A stretch of 64,000 nucleotides of DNA from an uncultured Candidatus Saccharibacteria bacterium (lineage in GTDB: Bacteria > Patescibacteriota > Minisyncoccia > Phycocordibacterales > DATDWN01), in assembly GCA_964426735.1 (NCBI GenBank), contig CAYRRP010000003.1:77378-141377 (forward strand), in the 5' to 3' direction. The position numbers and the translations under genes are program-made. This document shows positions 8,308 to 17,990 of this stretch, one piece after another (within the stretch, counting starts at the first letter, position 1; every line of letters starts with the position of its first letter). A model generated the notes under the pieces. It was not told the origin of the DNA and ran no database searches. It worked only from the letters and a program-made list of their open reading frames with translations.

Positions 8308-8962
8308 CCTCTGTGCTCACTGATTTTTTGAATAACGCACCTGACACACCGTTTACACGCGCTTTACACTCGTCCCAAGTTCTGTGTACCTCAACTACTC
8401 CTTTGACACAACTGACATATGAATATGCGGGGTGTGATTTTTTTGACGCACTCTTTTTTTCTTTAGACTCGATTGAACTTTCAACCTGCTCCACATCGAC
8501 ATCATACTGGTCGAGACTTCCTTCATATAGTTCCACAGGATTGTTATCTGCATATGAGGTAGCGATCACATCACATCGTTCATTTGCAGGCACACCAGCA
8601 TGCCCAGAAACTTTTCGAAACAACACTTCACGAGACGTGATTACCTGATCAAGTGCTTCCCACAAATCTCTGTTTAATACATCATCTTTAGTTTTTGTTT
8701 TCCAATTATTTTTTTTCCATCCTTCAATCCAAGAAGTGATACCTGAAATAAGGTAACTTGAATCGGTGTGCACAATCACCTCATCTGCTTTTGTGTATGT
8801 GAGTGCTTCGAGTACCGCAGTGAGTTCCATTCTGTTGTTGGTCGTATTTCCTTCACGACCACCGAGTTCGGTTACACGCTCACCTTCTACAATAACCGCA
8901 CCCCATCCCCCAAGTCCCGGATTTCCTCGTGACGAACCGTCTGTAAAAATAATTGCTTTCAT
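8270..8962 (-). CDS. rnhA: ribonuclease HI with a C-terminal hybrid-binding-domain-like extension
   Basis: MKAIIFTDGSSRGNPGLGGWGAVI…NRMELTAVLEAL…HTDSSYL…GHAGVPANERCD is the RNase H fold. The C-terminal ~70 aa (…VEVHRTWDECKARVNGVSGALFKKSVSTEDEQ…) resembles the Cauli_VI/RNase H1 HBD. The start is taken at the internal Met. It overlaps the comEC start by 38 nt. Confidence 0.8.
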   Translation of the reverse strand: MKAIIFTDGSSRGNPGLGGWGAVIVEGERVTELGGREGNTTNNRMELTAVLEALTYTKADEVIVHTDSSYLISGITSWIEGWKKNNWKTKTKDDVLNRDLWEALDQVITSREVLFRKVSGHAGVPANERCDVIATSYADNNPVELYEGSLDQYDVDVEQVESSIESKEKKSASKKSHPAYSYVSCVKGVVEVHRTWDECKARVNGVSGALFKKSVSTEDEQNIISEFKKR

Positions 8963-9001
8963 AAAGTGTATTATAGCAGAGTTTAGATATGAAACAGCAT
9001 T

Positions 9002-9118
9002 CAGAAGTTGGTGAATATTATATTTAAGCCGTGTCTCGCAGGCTGACGAGCCGAGAGTCAGCGCTGGGCGAGCACGCACAGACAGCGACGGCGAAAAGAT
9101 AATATTCACCAACTTCTG
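9002..9118. repeat. 117-nt hairpin element: a 20-bp perfect AT-rich inverted repeat enclosing a 77-nt GC-rich core
   Basis: CAGAAGTTGGTGAATATTAT (9002-9021) is the exact reverse complement of 9099-9118. The core contains an internal hairpin GCTGAC-gagccgaga-GTCAGC. It lies between the recJ stop and the rnhA start. Confidence 0.7.
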
Positions 9119-9128
9119 TTTATATGCC

Positions 9129-10874
9129 CTACTCAATCACATCCACTATTCTCAACCGCAATTCAGGGAAGTTGCGAAACATCGACTTTTCTATGTGCGC
9201 AACCAGATTGATTTTCTGTCCCGCTTCCAGTGCAACACTGTATTTACTTGGGTCAGAAAAGAATCCAATTGCTTGGATAGTTTTACCATTCTTCTTGTGA
9301 AACGTAAGTTCAAGATGATTTTTTTCTTTTCCAAATTGTTTCAAACTGCTGATTACCACATCAGAAATCAGAAAAAGAGGCTTTGGATTGTCGATACCAT
9401 ATGGTGCAAGCTTCTCGACATGAGAATAGACATTCCAATCCACATCATCGATTGATATTTCTTTATCCACCACAACAGGTACTGGTTCACTTAGTTCATT
9501 ACGAAGCGCTTTAAATGAATCATTCAATTTTTTCTCAAGCTCATGAACTGTAGCAAGTGATACCGAAAATCCACCCGCACCCGCGTGTCCACCAAAATCA
9601 AGAAATGCATCTTTTGCATGTCCCATCAACTTCATAATATTTGTATCTCCACCTGCTCGACATGAACCTTTCAAAATCACATGTCCGTCTTCATCTTTCA
9701 TTTCTTCACCTGATCGTCCCCAGAGAAATACCGGGCGATTATGTTCATCACCAAATGAATTTGCAACCAGTCCAAGAAGTGATGGTTTCCATTTTGGATT
9801 ACCGAGCACTATCACATCACCGAGCACATCTTCTCGTTCAGAAATTATTTTTTTAATTTCTTTTACCATACTTGCCACCACTCCTTTGCGTTCATTATTG
9901 ATTGTATCTAAATGTTCTGCCATGATTCCTGCTTGTACCGGATCAGTTTCTCCAAGCATCAAAAATGCATCACGAGGGACACCCATGCGAGATGCGGCAT
10001 TGATACGCGGAGTGATCATAAAACCAATATCTTCTTCAGTGAGATGTGCTTGATTCATTTTTAAAATCTGACAGAGTTTTTGAAGACCTGGTCGTGGAGA
10101 CTTTCGCATCACATACAAACCATATGATGCGAGCACGCGGTTTTCTCCACGAAGTGGCACCATGTCAGATAATGTCGCGAGACCAACCATATCAAGAAGC
10201 CACTTCTCCCACCCTTCCACCACAGAATATCTTTTTTTAAATTCTTCATGTTGCAACAGTGCACACACAACTTTCCAAATCACTCCAGACCCACATAACA
10301 TTTTTTCTGGATACTGACATCCTGGTTGTTTTGGATTTATAATTGCATATGCACTTGGAAGTACTTCGTGTGGCAAGTGGTGGTCAGTAACAATCACATT
10401 CAGACCCTCTGAGTTTGCATACTCCACTTCACTTACATCTGCAATCCCACAATCAATAGTGATCACAAGCGTCACTCCATTTTTCTTAAAGAGATCAGTT
10501 GCATCATGACTCATACCGTACCCTTCATCATTTCGATGTGGAATATAAACCTCAAAATTTTCATAACCAATTTTTTTAAAAAAATCATTCATCACCACTG
10601 CACCAGGGATACCGTCTGCATCATAATCAGAAAAGATTCCAATCCGCTCCCCTGCTTCTAGCGCCCGAAGAATTCTCTCCACCGCTTTTCCCATATCTTT
10701 CAGCAGGTAGGGATCGTGAATGTCCCGATTGAAATCAGGAGCGATAAAAAGCTCTGCATCAGCATGTTCGGTAATTCCGCGAGCATGAAGAAGTTCTTGT
10801 AATATCGGATGATACGCTTTGAGATTTTCTCTGACTGCATCCACCAGCTTCTCCCGGACAACATAGTTTTTCAT
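9129..10874 (-). CDS. recJ: single-stranded-DNA-specific exonuclease RecJ
   Basis: DHH/DHHA1 family motifs (…SDYDADG…, …DHH…), 581 aa. Confidence 0.9.
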   Translation of the reverse strand: MKNYVVREKLVDAVRENLKAYHPILQELLHARGITEHADAELFIAPDFNRDIHDPYLLKDMGKAVERILRALEAGERIGIFSDYDADGIPGAVVMNDFFKKIGYENFEVYIPHRNDEGYGMSHDATDLFKKNGVTLVITIDCGIADVSEVEYANSEGLNVIVTDHHLPHEVLPSAYAIINPKQPGCQYPEKMLCGSGVIWKVVCALLQHEEFKKRYSVVEGWEKWLLDMVGLATLSDMVPLRGENRVLASYGLYVMRKSPRPGLQKLCQILKMNQAHLTEEDIGFMITPRINAASRMGVPRDAFLMLGETDPVQAGIMAEHLDTINNERKGVVASMVKEIKKIISEREDVLGDVIVLGNPKWKPSLLGLVANSFGDEHNRPVFLWGRSGEEMKDEDGHVILKGSCRAGGDTNIMKLMGHAKDAFLDFGGHAGAGGFSVSLATVHELEKKLNDSFKALRNELSEPVPVVVDKEISIDDVDWNVYSHVEKLAPYGIDNPKPLFLISDVVISSLKQFGKEKNHLELTFHKKNGKTIQAIGFFSDPSKYSVALEAGQKINLVAHIEKSMFRNFPELRLRIVDVIE

Positions 10875-10993
10875 TGGTTAATTTTAACACAGCAATACAA
10901 ACAACCTCATTGACACACCTCTTTTAAAAGTAGTATGCATACTTTGACATATAAATATAAATATGGTTAAATTAATTTCGGAGGATCTTTTAC

Positions 10994-11731
10994 ATGCCCA
11001 ACGAACTGGTGGTACGCGAGCAACTTGCACTTACGATTACCAACCCGAGAGTGGTCCATATAGCACACCACCTCAGATGGAAACCTGTCACCACTATTGC
11101 TCGCATCGAACGAGCACTGCCATCAATCCTGGAGCAACAGATTTATCTTGCTATTGCACCAATGGTTGGTGAATCCGGACTCCTTCCGGAATCCCTCGCC
11201 AAACTCCTCAGAATATTTCTAGGGTCAAAGGAGCTTCGACTTGAAGATTTGACACCTGGATACCCAACCCAAAAAAACTTCGATGAATTTATTGAGTTTC
11301 TCGGTGAGTGCATCACCATTCTCAAAGTGATCAAGCACGAATATATAACGCTTGGTTTAAGTATAAATGATGCGGCACTGATTGTGCTTCGTTATGGAAC
11401 AAATGACCCTGAACGTCTTATTGAGATGGTAGACAACAACCTCGAGCAACTATGCGAAGTTCTTGATATCAGCAACAACATTCCGTACGGAACTCGTATG
11501 CGAGTCTGTCTGAATGTTGTCATCACAAAAGTGATACCAGGAAATCAAAAGAGCGGTGCTCCCGATCTACTCGATTTTACTGATTTCATTGAAATGGATT
11601 CCGTCAGGCGTCACCATATTCGCAAATGTGTACACCAAGAAATTGATGACCATCTTGCTTGTGATTTCCAAACTCTGAGAGGATATGATTCTCTCAAAAT
11701 ACTAAAAGAAGAAGGGATTGGTATTCTATGA
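10994..11731 (+). CDS. hypothetical protein (245 aa) in a GC-elevated cassette
   Basis: A strong RBS GGAGGA lies 8 nt upstream. The coding GC is about 50% against roughly 38% in neighbouring genes. No recognisable domain. The stop overlaps the next start (ATGA). Confidence 0.6.
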   Translation: MPNELVVREQLALTITNPRVVHIAHHLRWKPVTTIARIERALPSILEQQIYLAIAPMVGESGLLPESLAKLLRIFLGSKELRLEDLTPGYPTQKNFDEFIEFLGECITILKVIKHEYITLGLSINDAALIVLRYGTNDPERLIEMVDNNLEQLCEVLDISNNIPYGTRMRVCLNVVITKVIPGNQKSGAPDLLDFTDFIEMDSVRRHHIRKCVHQEIDDHLACDFQTLRGYDSLKILKEEGIGIL

Positions 11732-12876
11732 GTGGTTTTCTCTCTGATTTAAAGATGTCTATTGCTAAGTCGCGAGAAGGTCCAAAACCATGGGGGGATG
11801 TTAATCCCCTCCTGCTTATAGGACTTTCCGACACCATTCTTAACCTTGGCCTTGATGAACAACAGCTACACGCCGTTGTGAAAAGCTATGGTAGGCAACT
11901 AACTGCTCAGGTACACCCTGATCGTCAGACGGTCAATATCTCTGACGAAATTCGAAAGCGAATCTTTGAAGGGTTTAATGCTATTGATGACTTTGGTCAC
12001 TTTCAGCTTGCCTTGAAAGAATTCCGATCCCTTCGTGCAGAAGATCGGCGGGAAAACAGAATACTTCACGAGGCGATATCTGCATTACAGCATCGTATTT
12101 CTTCCATAGAAGGCGATGCTTCAAAAATCAAGGAGGCAGCTCTCAAGCTCGAATCTGAAAAACAAGAGTTCTTACGCCTTAAGCGAGAGGAAAGCTTGAA
12201 ATTACCTGACCTTCAGAGATACTGCGAAGTTGCTAACAAAAGAATCGACGAACTAATCAAGCAAACCGAATCAACCCGAAAAACAGGTAATGCATGGAAG
12301 AGTCGTTTTTCAACAGCAATGAAATATATGCTGAATTTAGGCAACTTAAATCAACCTCATAAACTCTTTTTTGATGCACAATGGGTTGCAGTAGTCTCTT
12401 TGTGGCACCACGAAGGAAAACCTCTTACACCAGACGACATGATGTGGCGTCTCTTACTTGCACAAGACAAGGAGGTCTGTTCATTAGGTATCCCTTTAGA
12501 GACAATCATTGATCAGTGGCGGATAGCCAAAAGTCATTTTGGCAAACCAGAATTAACAGAATCAAAAAAGCTTCCGCTTTCACTGAGTATACTTAAACTA
12601 GACAAAGGGGTTCCGAGTCTGATATCTGGCGACAGCTTGACGGTGCATGGCGGTAAAGTTATAGGTTCGATTGATGGAAACAGCCACAAAATCACACGAG
12701 AGAACCTGTTTCAAAAGATGGATATTCTAGATATTCCTCGTCTGCTTACACCAACTATCGTACCGAACGGATTACTGGTATCTGTATCGGAACTTAAGGG
12801 AGTTAAAGCTTCTTGGAGTACCACTTGCCCTGGCTACAGGTTCCATACAAAGCGAATCATTGTGGCGGCGGGATAA
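11728..12876 (+). CDS. J-domain (DnaJ-like HPD motif) protein with a coiled-coil region and an uncharacterised C-terminal domain
   Basis: The N-terminal ~70 aa …LNLGLDEQQLHAVVKSYGRQLTAQVHPDRQ…ISDEIRKRIFEGFNAIDD fit the J-domain helix II/HPD/helix III pattern. It is translationally coupled to the upstream ORF and has elevated GC. Confidence 0.6.
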   Translation: MSGFLSDLKMSIAKSREGPKPWGDVNPLLLIGLSDTILNLGLDEQQLHAVVKSYGRQLTAQVHPDRQTVNISDEIRKRIFEGFNAIDDFGHFQLALKEFRSLRAEDRRENRILHEAISALQHRISSIEGDASKIKEAALKLESEKQEFLRLKREESLKLPDLQRYCEVANKRIDELIKQTESTRKTGNAWKSRFSTAMKYMLNLGNLNQPHKLFFDAQWVAVVSLWHHEGKPLTPDDMMWRLLLAQDKEVCSLGIPLETIIDQWRIAKSHFGKPELTESKKLPLSLSILKLDKGVPSLISGDSLTVHGGKVIGSIDGNSHKITRENLFQKMDILDIPRLLTPTIVPNGLLVSVSELKGVKASWSTTCPGYRFHTKRIIVAAG

Positions 12877-12881
12877 AATTC

Positions 12882-12926
12882 ACACACGTGAAGGATGTAA
12901 ATCCTCCACGTGTGTTTTGTTTTTTA
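12882..12926 (+). terminator. intrinsic terminator (9-bp stem ACACACGTG/CACGTGTGT with a structured loop, then a T-rich tail)
   Basis: A long hairpin is followed immediately by TTTTGTTTTTT. Confidence 0.7.
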
Positions 12927-12948
12927 CAAGTGATATACTTTTACTATT

Positions 12949-13314
12949 ATGAATATGAATGATTGTATATTTTGCAAAATAGTTCGTGGAGAAATTCCTT
13001 CATACAAGGTGTATGAGGATGAACATTTTTTCGCCTTTTTGGATATTCACCCACAGTCCCCAGGACATGTACAAGTGATTCCCAAAAAGCACCACAGGTG
13101 GGTGTGGCAAGTTCCTAATGCTGGCGAGTACTTTGAGGTGGTACGGAAAATAGCTCTCGCCCAACAAAAAGCATTTAATACAGACTGGATACTTTCAAAA
13201 ATTGTCGGTGATGAAGTAGAGCATGCTCACATCTGGGTGTTTCCAAATAATGAAGTCTCTGGCGACCCGAAAGATTTTGAAGGAAACGTAAAGAAATTAA
13301 AAGATTATATATAA
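12949..13314 (+). CDS. HIT-family (histidine triad) nucleotide hydrolase
   Basis: HAHIWVFP is the HxHxHxx triad; the N-terminus has CIFCKI. Confidence 0.85.
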   Translation: MNMNDCIFCKIVRGEIPSYKVYEDEHFFAFLDIHPQSPGHVQVIPKKHHRWVWQVPNAGEYFEVVRKIALAQQKAFNTDWILSKIVGDEVEHAHIWVFPNNEVSGDPKDFEGNVKKLKDYI

Positions 13315-13339
13315 AATGCTACCCTTTTGGGGTAGCATT
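13315..13339. terminator. hairpin AATGCTACCC-ttttg-GGGTAGCATT
   Basis: A 10-bp stem immediately after the HIT stop. The A-rich tract upstream gives a U-tail on the minus strand. Confidence 0.45.
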
Positions 13340-13489
13340 GCTGGTGGAATGGTGGAGAAAGTTGAGAAGTAACAAAAGAAGAAAGAAAAGGTACACACCC
13401 CAAACTATCCTTTTAGTGCTCTTGAAAGACCTTTCCTCTTGAGGAGTCATCTTATAGACTCTTTTTTGCCACTGTAAATCGTACATATT

Positions 13490-13807
13490 CTAGTCCTTAA
13501 TACCTTTTTCCATCTTCCAGATGGCACAGTTTTCTGGGGATCGTTCAAACTCAACCACCATCTCGACAACAGGTTGAGTCCCATCAGATGCCGGTGACTT
13601 AATACCTGTAATCCGCCAGAGTCGCTTTCCATCATCGAAAAAAAGAAAAACTAGGTTACGACCGACATTATGTTTCGTGGTGAGATTGGTATTTCCACAT
13701 GGTGACCAATCCATTTTTTCTCGTTTTTTTAGCTGGGCCGAATACCATACAGATTGAGCCAAAAATAATACAGCAGCAATAACAGCGAGCGGGCCAAAAG
13801 TTTTCAC
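13490..13807 (-). CDS. small membrane-anchored/secreted hypothetical protein
   Basis: N-terminal hydrophobic helix, 105 aa, no recognised domain. Confidence 0.4.
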   Translation of the reverse strand: MKTFGPLAVIAAVLFLAQSVWYSAQLKKREKMDWSPCGNTNLTTKHNVGRNLVFLFFDDGKRLWRITGIKSPASDGTQPVVEMVVEFERSPENCAIWKMEKGIKD

Positions 13808-13842
13808 AAGGTGCCTCCACAGCTAATATAATCACCCAGGAC

Positions 13843-14973
13843 TTACTTTGTCAAAGCATCAATTCCAGGCAGAGTTTCGTTGACCAAAAAGTCGAGCATT
13901 GCTCCACCTGCAGTAGATACAAACGAAAACTTATCCATCAATCCGAGCTTTTCGATGGATGCGAGTGTGTCCCCTCCTCCGACAATACTGGTCGCCTTAC
14001 TATCTGCAATAATCTGAGCAAGCTGTTCTGTCTTATCAAAAAATCCTGCTTCATAGTTCCCAAGTGGACCATTCCAAACGATCAGTGATGCTTTTTTTAC
14101 CAACTCTTCAAGATGCGCAATGGTCTTCGGCCCCACATCGCCAATATATTCATCAGCTTCTACCTGATGTGCATCCTTTAATGAAAGTGCTCCATTTTCT
14201 TTTTTAACCGTCACATCTACTGGTGCGACAAATTTTGGATTTAGCAACATATCACCGATACCAAAATCTCCCTCTGAAACAAGTGAAGTTCCCACCTCAA
14301 ACCCTTGTGTTTTATACACATTGTTTGCAAGTGCTCCCACTACTACCACATGATCTGCTTTATCCAAATATTTTTGTATCAATGGAAGTTTTGTATCAAA
14401 CTTCGCACCACCTAAGATAAAAAGAAATGGATGTGTCGGAGTAAATGCTTTCGAGAGATTTTCTACTTCATTTAAAAAGAGTGGTCCTACATATGAAGGC
14501 AAAAGCGATGGTATACCTACCACTGATGCGTGTTTTCGATGAGATACTGAAAAAGCATCGTTCACATACACATCACCATACTGAGCAAGTTTTTTTGCAA
14601 AAGATTCGTCATTTGCCTTTTCTCCTTCATCAGAACGAAGATTTTCAAGCATCACCACATCAGCGTCTTCCATATCAGCAATCATTTTAATCGTTTCAGC
14701 AGAAAAAAGATCTTTTGCAAATTGCACTTTCACAAAACCATTTAGATAATCAAACATTGGATACAAGCTCGTATTGCCTTTTGCCTCGGTATGAGCAAGA
14801 ATAATAATCTTTGCTTTCTTAAGACGAAGCATGTCGATAGTTGGAATCGCCTGATCAATACGATACGGATCAGCAACTTTCCCATCAACGATAGGTGTAT
14901 TTAAATCCAAACGAAGGAGTACGTGTTTTCCTGAAATATCTCCTGCATCTTCTATTGTCTGTAATGTTTTCAT
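13843..14973 (-). CDS. pgk: phosphoglycerate kinase
   Basis: 376 aa with PGK N- and C-domain motifs (…VLLRLDLNTP…, …GGGDTLA…AGGAMLDFL…). Confidence 0.9.
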   Translation of the reverse strand: MKTLQTIEDAGDISGKHVLLRLDLNTPIVDGKVADPYRIDQAIPTIDMLRLKKAKIIILAHTEAKGNTSLYPMFDYLNGFVKVQFAKDLFSAETIKMIADMEDADVVMLENLRSDEGEKANDESFAKKLAQYGDVYVNDAFSVSHRKHASVVGIPSLLPSYVGPLFLNEVENLSKAFTPTHPFLFILGGAKFDTKLPLIQKYLDKADHVVVVGALANNVYKTQGFEVGTSLVSEGDFGIGDMLLNPKFVAPVDVTVKKENGALSLKDAHQVEADEYIGDVGPKTIAHLEELVKKASLIVWNGPLGNYEAGFFDKTEQLAQIIADSKATSIVGGGDTLASIEKLGLMDKFSFVSTAGGAMLDFLVNETLPGIDALTK

Positions 14974-15053
14974 GGTAAATCAATTTTTGAGTAAAGATAC
15001 GAATTAAATACTTTTAACTTTCTTATTCGTAACTATGTGTATTATTCGTATAT

Positions 15054-15824
15054 TTATTTTATAAGGTCAACGTTATTGATAATGCCTACAAAATTTTCCA
15101 CTTTAAGAGACTCTCGACCAACCAAAAGTCCGTCAACATAACCTCTTTCGACAATTTCTCGTGCATTATCTGCTGTCACTGCGCCACCGTAGAGTACTTT
15201 TGGCAATGGAGCCATTGTGCCATACATTTCCTTAATACATTTCTGAATATATAACGACATTTCATGTACCTGGTGTGAATTCATCGCTTCTTTAGCGCCG
15301 ATAGCCCACACAGGCTCATATGCAATAACTACATCGGAAATAACACTCTTTGACACTCCCGCAAGACCTGATGCAAGCTGACTTTTAATTAACCCGAGGT
15401 ATTCTCCGTGTTCATCTCGAACTGACTCACCGATACATAATACAGGAATAAGCTTATTCTCAAGTGCTCGACTCACCTTTTTAGATACAGACGTGTCGCT
15501 TTCCCCACGAACTCGTCTTTCAGAATGCCCGATAATAACGTATGCAACTTTAAACTGAGAAAGATGTTGCGCTGAAACCTCACCTGTATATGACCCGGAT
15601 GTTTCTTCATGTATATTTTGTACACCCAACGCAACTTTTTTAGAGACCAATCCTTTAAGTTCAGAAACATATACAAATGGCGGACATACAACAACATCAG
15701 TATTTTTAGCTTTTACACTACCCTTTTTAATACCCTCAACTAACTTTTTAGCTTCCTTCGTGGTAAAAATATTCATTTTCCAATTACCAATAACAAGTTT
15801 TTTCTTTTTTAGTGCCATACGCAC
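15054..15824 (-). CDS. tpiA: triosephosphate isomerase
   Basis: GNWKMN, IIGHSERR and YEPVWAIG motifs. Confidence 0.95.
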   Translation of the reverse strand: MRMALKKKKLVIGNWKMNIFTTKEAKKLVEGIKKGSVKAKNTDVVVCPPFVYVSELKGLVSKKVALGVQNIHEETSGSYTGEVSAQHLSQFKVAYVIIGHSERRVRGESDTSVSKKVSRALENKLIPVLCIGESVRDEHGEYLGLIKSQLASGLAGVSKSVISDVVIAYEPVWAIGAKEAMNSHQVHEMSLYIQKCIKEMYGTMAPLPKVLYGGAVTADNAREIVERGYVDGLLVGRESLKVENFVGIINNVDLIK

Positions 15825-15829
15825 ATAAT

Positions 15830-15896
15830 ATCATAAAATACATAAGCATCACGAATGGACGTCCAACAAAAAAGTAGATGAAGTGATTTTACTGAT
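15830..15896. repeat. short member (copy D) of the conserved intergenic structured-element family
   Basis: It shares the 3' consensus AAAAGTAGATGAAGTGATTTTA with copies A, B and C. The outer stem is ATCATAAAAT / ATTTTAcTGAT, and the inner palindrome is GGACGTCC. Confidence 0.5.
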
Positions 15897-15897
15897 G

Positions 15898-17379
15898 TTA
15901 TCTTGTCTCTTCCCAAGAAATGATTTGGTATTGATCTGATGTCAATGGAAAACTCGGAGGCGGCCCGTACAATAAGTTGGCATCATAAATAATATCTCGA
16001 CTGTCGTATCCTGTACCGTCTGTGTATGCAAAACCGTATCGTAAACTACTTGCAATCATTCCGTACAGTGTCAATGAAGCTTTACTGTCATCCGAACATG
16101 ATGTTTCGTAATAATACCTTCCTGCACGTCCATTTTGTGCAACAAGTGCCGCATCTATACGAAGATTATTTGCTGAATACTGACCAACGTTTACGTTACC
16201 TTGCGATATAAGAGAGATTACATCTCGTCCATCATAATTTGTATATAATAAATTTGCATTGATTGTAATACTTGGTCGTGTTGCAGGGTTATCTGGGAAA
16301 CGTCCTACTGCAAGCGTCACACGAGCAGTATCAATCTGTCCATCTACCCACACATTATCTTCAAGGAAAATCAATCCATTCGAAGGAATCGCATAATTAC
16401 CGAGCAGTGTCTGCCCTCCTCCACCAGATGTTCGTATACTCCATGAACCCCACCCTGTTTGATTTTGCACATTAGAACAATTATTACCCACAGACTGAAG
16501 TGCAGTAACTCGATACAAATCAAACGTATCATTTGTTTTAAATACTACACGATACCCTTGATACCCTGATGCAGCAAAATATCTTCCTCCTGTTTGTGCA
16601 CCTGATTTAATTGACGCGAGATCAGTCGTCAATCCAACAAAATCAACCGCCGGAAGCGGAAATTGTCTACCTGATTCAAATACATCAGGTCGAGCAGGTA
16701 CACTATTTGGTGGTGCTTCGGCAGAACGAAACGTATCATTCACAGTACCACCTGGCAATGTTACGTGAGTATGCACTCCAAACTCATTGTTTCCTGAATG
16801 ATCAGGGTCATCATATACATCTCGCGAAGACGAAATAACGTTGTGAGCAAGTCCGTCAAAACGAATTCCACCGTTTGAGTGAATAGGGCCATAGACTTCA
16901 GTACCCTCTCCAAATCGAAGACTGTCATTGCTTACCACTGCATATTTTGCGAGAGATGGAATTGCAAAACGAGCAGTAATTGACCGCGCAACAGAAGGAT
17001 CATCGGTGATACGTCCAGTTGATTTTACAGTCACAATAGTAAACCCTGGTTGTGGTGGAGTAATCTCAAGAGTAAAGGAGCCAATCTGATTTCCATCTTT
17101 ATCATAAAATGGACGCACAGAAGGTGTGCTTGTACCAGTACCATCCTGATAGTCAGTCGGTGCATGTGCAAGATGCCATCGATAATAATCGACTCCAGAT
17201 TCTGCAATTTGAAGGGCTTGCTCTCTATACAATGCAAGACGTGACGCTTTAATATTTAATCCTGCCCAAGAAACCAGTCCTCCAATAATCACAACTGCAA
17301 TACTTCCAAACACAAGTGCTTGAACAAGAAGAGAACCTTTTTGTAGTTGGTATCCAGTAGTGGTGTGTATCTTTTTCAT
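15898..17379 (-). CDS. type IV pilus assembly protein, PilX-like (N-terminal PilX_N-type hydrophobic segment)
   Basis: N-terminus QKGSLLVQALVFGSIAVVIIGGLV. It is a large Gly/Thr/Asn-rich extracellular protein in a cluster with prepilins, pilC and pilB. Confidence 0.6.
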   Translation of the reverse strand: MKKIHTTTGYQLQKGSLLVQALVFGSIAVVIIGGLVSWAGLNIKASRLALYREQALQIAESGVDYYRWHLAHAPTDYQDGTGTSTPSVRPFYDKDGNQIGSFTLEITPPQPGFTIVTVKSTGRITDDPSVARSITARFAIPSLAKYAVVSNDSLRFGEGTEVYGPIHSNGGIRFDGLAHNVISSSRDVYDDPDHSGNNEFGVHTHVTLPGGTVNDTFRSAEAPPNSVPARPDVFESGRQFPLPAVDFVGLTTDLASIKSGAQTGGRYFAASGYQGYRVVFKTNDTFDLYRVTALQSVGNNCSNVQNQTGWGSWSIRTSGGGGQTLLGNYAIPSNGLIFLEDNVWVDGQIDTARVTLAVGRFPDNPATRPSITINANLLYTNYDGRDVISLISQGNVNVGQYSANNLRIDAALVAQNGRAGRYYYETSCSDDSKASLTLYGMIASSLRYGFAYTDGTGYDSRDIIYDANLLYGPPPSFPLTSDQYQIISWEETR

Positions 17380-17990
17380 AAATTATCTTTAAGATTACGC
17401 AGTGTTGCTGTGGTAGTCACTATAAGTGGTATTGGTGTTTTATTTGGATCTTTCTCAATAACCAACGTGATCTTTACCATGCGAATATTTGAAATCACTA
17501 CAGGTTGAGTAAGTGGTGATGTAGTTCCAGCAAATGTACTTGGATAATACGTAAACAAAGTTGTTGTTGCACTATTTGCAATATGCGAAACAACTGAAGA
17601 AACTTTTTCATTTGCCTCTACATATGCAAGTGGACTACCAGTTGGAGATAACTCTCCACGGCGAAGGGTTGTGCCGGACATAAAATACCGTATTCTTTCT
17701 TTATTCCCATCATTATTAATATCGCTATAAAAAGTTAACGCGGACGAACTTGCAACAGTTATAGGATATCCTCCAAGAGAAGATGGTGATGCTTCTCGCA
17801 ATTCAGCAACCATCTTTTTAATCACATGACGTGCATCAAGTTGTGCAGACAAACTATTTTGAGCAGAGAAATTTAAGGTAAAAATGTCACGCTGAAATGT
17901 TCCGACCGCAAGTGCAAGTAGGCCAATAATCGCAGAACTCACAACTATTTCAACAAGAGTGACACCTTGTGTATATTTCATATTATTCAC
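17376..17990 (-). CDS. prepilin-type N-terminal cleavage/methylation domain minor pilin
   Basis: N-terminus …TQGVTLVEIVVSSAIIGLLA. Confidence 0.75.
   Translation of the reverse strand: MNNMKYTQGVTLVEIVVSSAIIGLLALAVGTFQRDIFTLNFSAQNSLSAQLDARHVIKKMVAELREASPSSLGGYPITVASSSALTFYSDINNDGNKERIRYFMSGTTLRRGELSPTGSPLAYVEANEKVSSVVSHIANSATTTLFTYYPSTFAGTTSPLTQPVVISNIRMVKITLVIEKDPNKTPIPLIVTTTATLRNLKDNL

Noticed and set aside
9002-9118. The E hairpin as a fifth member of the A-D element family
   Set aside because: The architecture is similar, but I could not find convincing sequence identity in the core (only a weak GCT(G/A)GGCG match). I kept it as a separate element.
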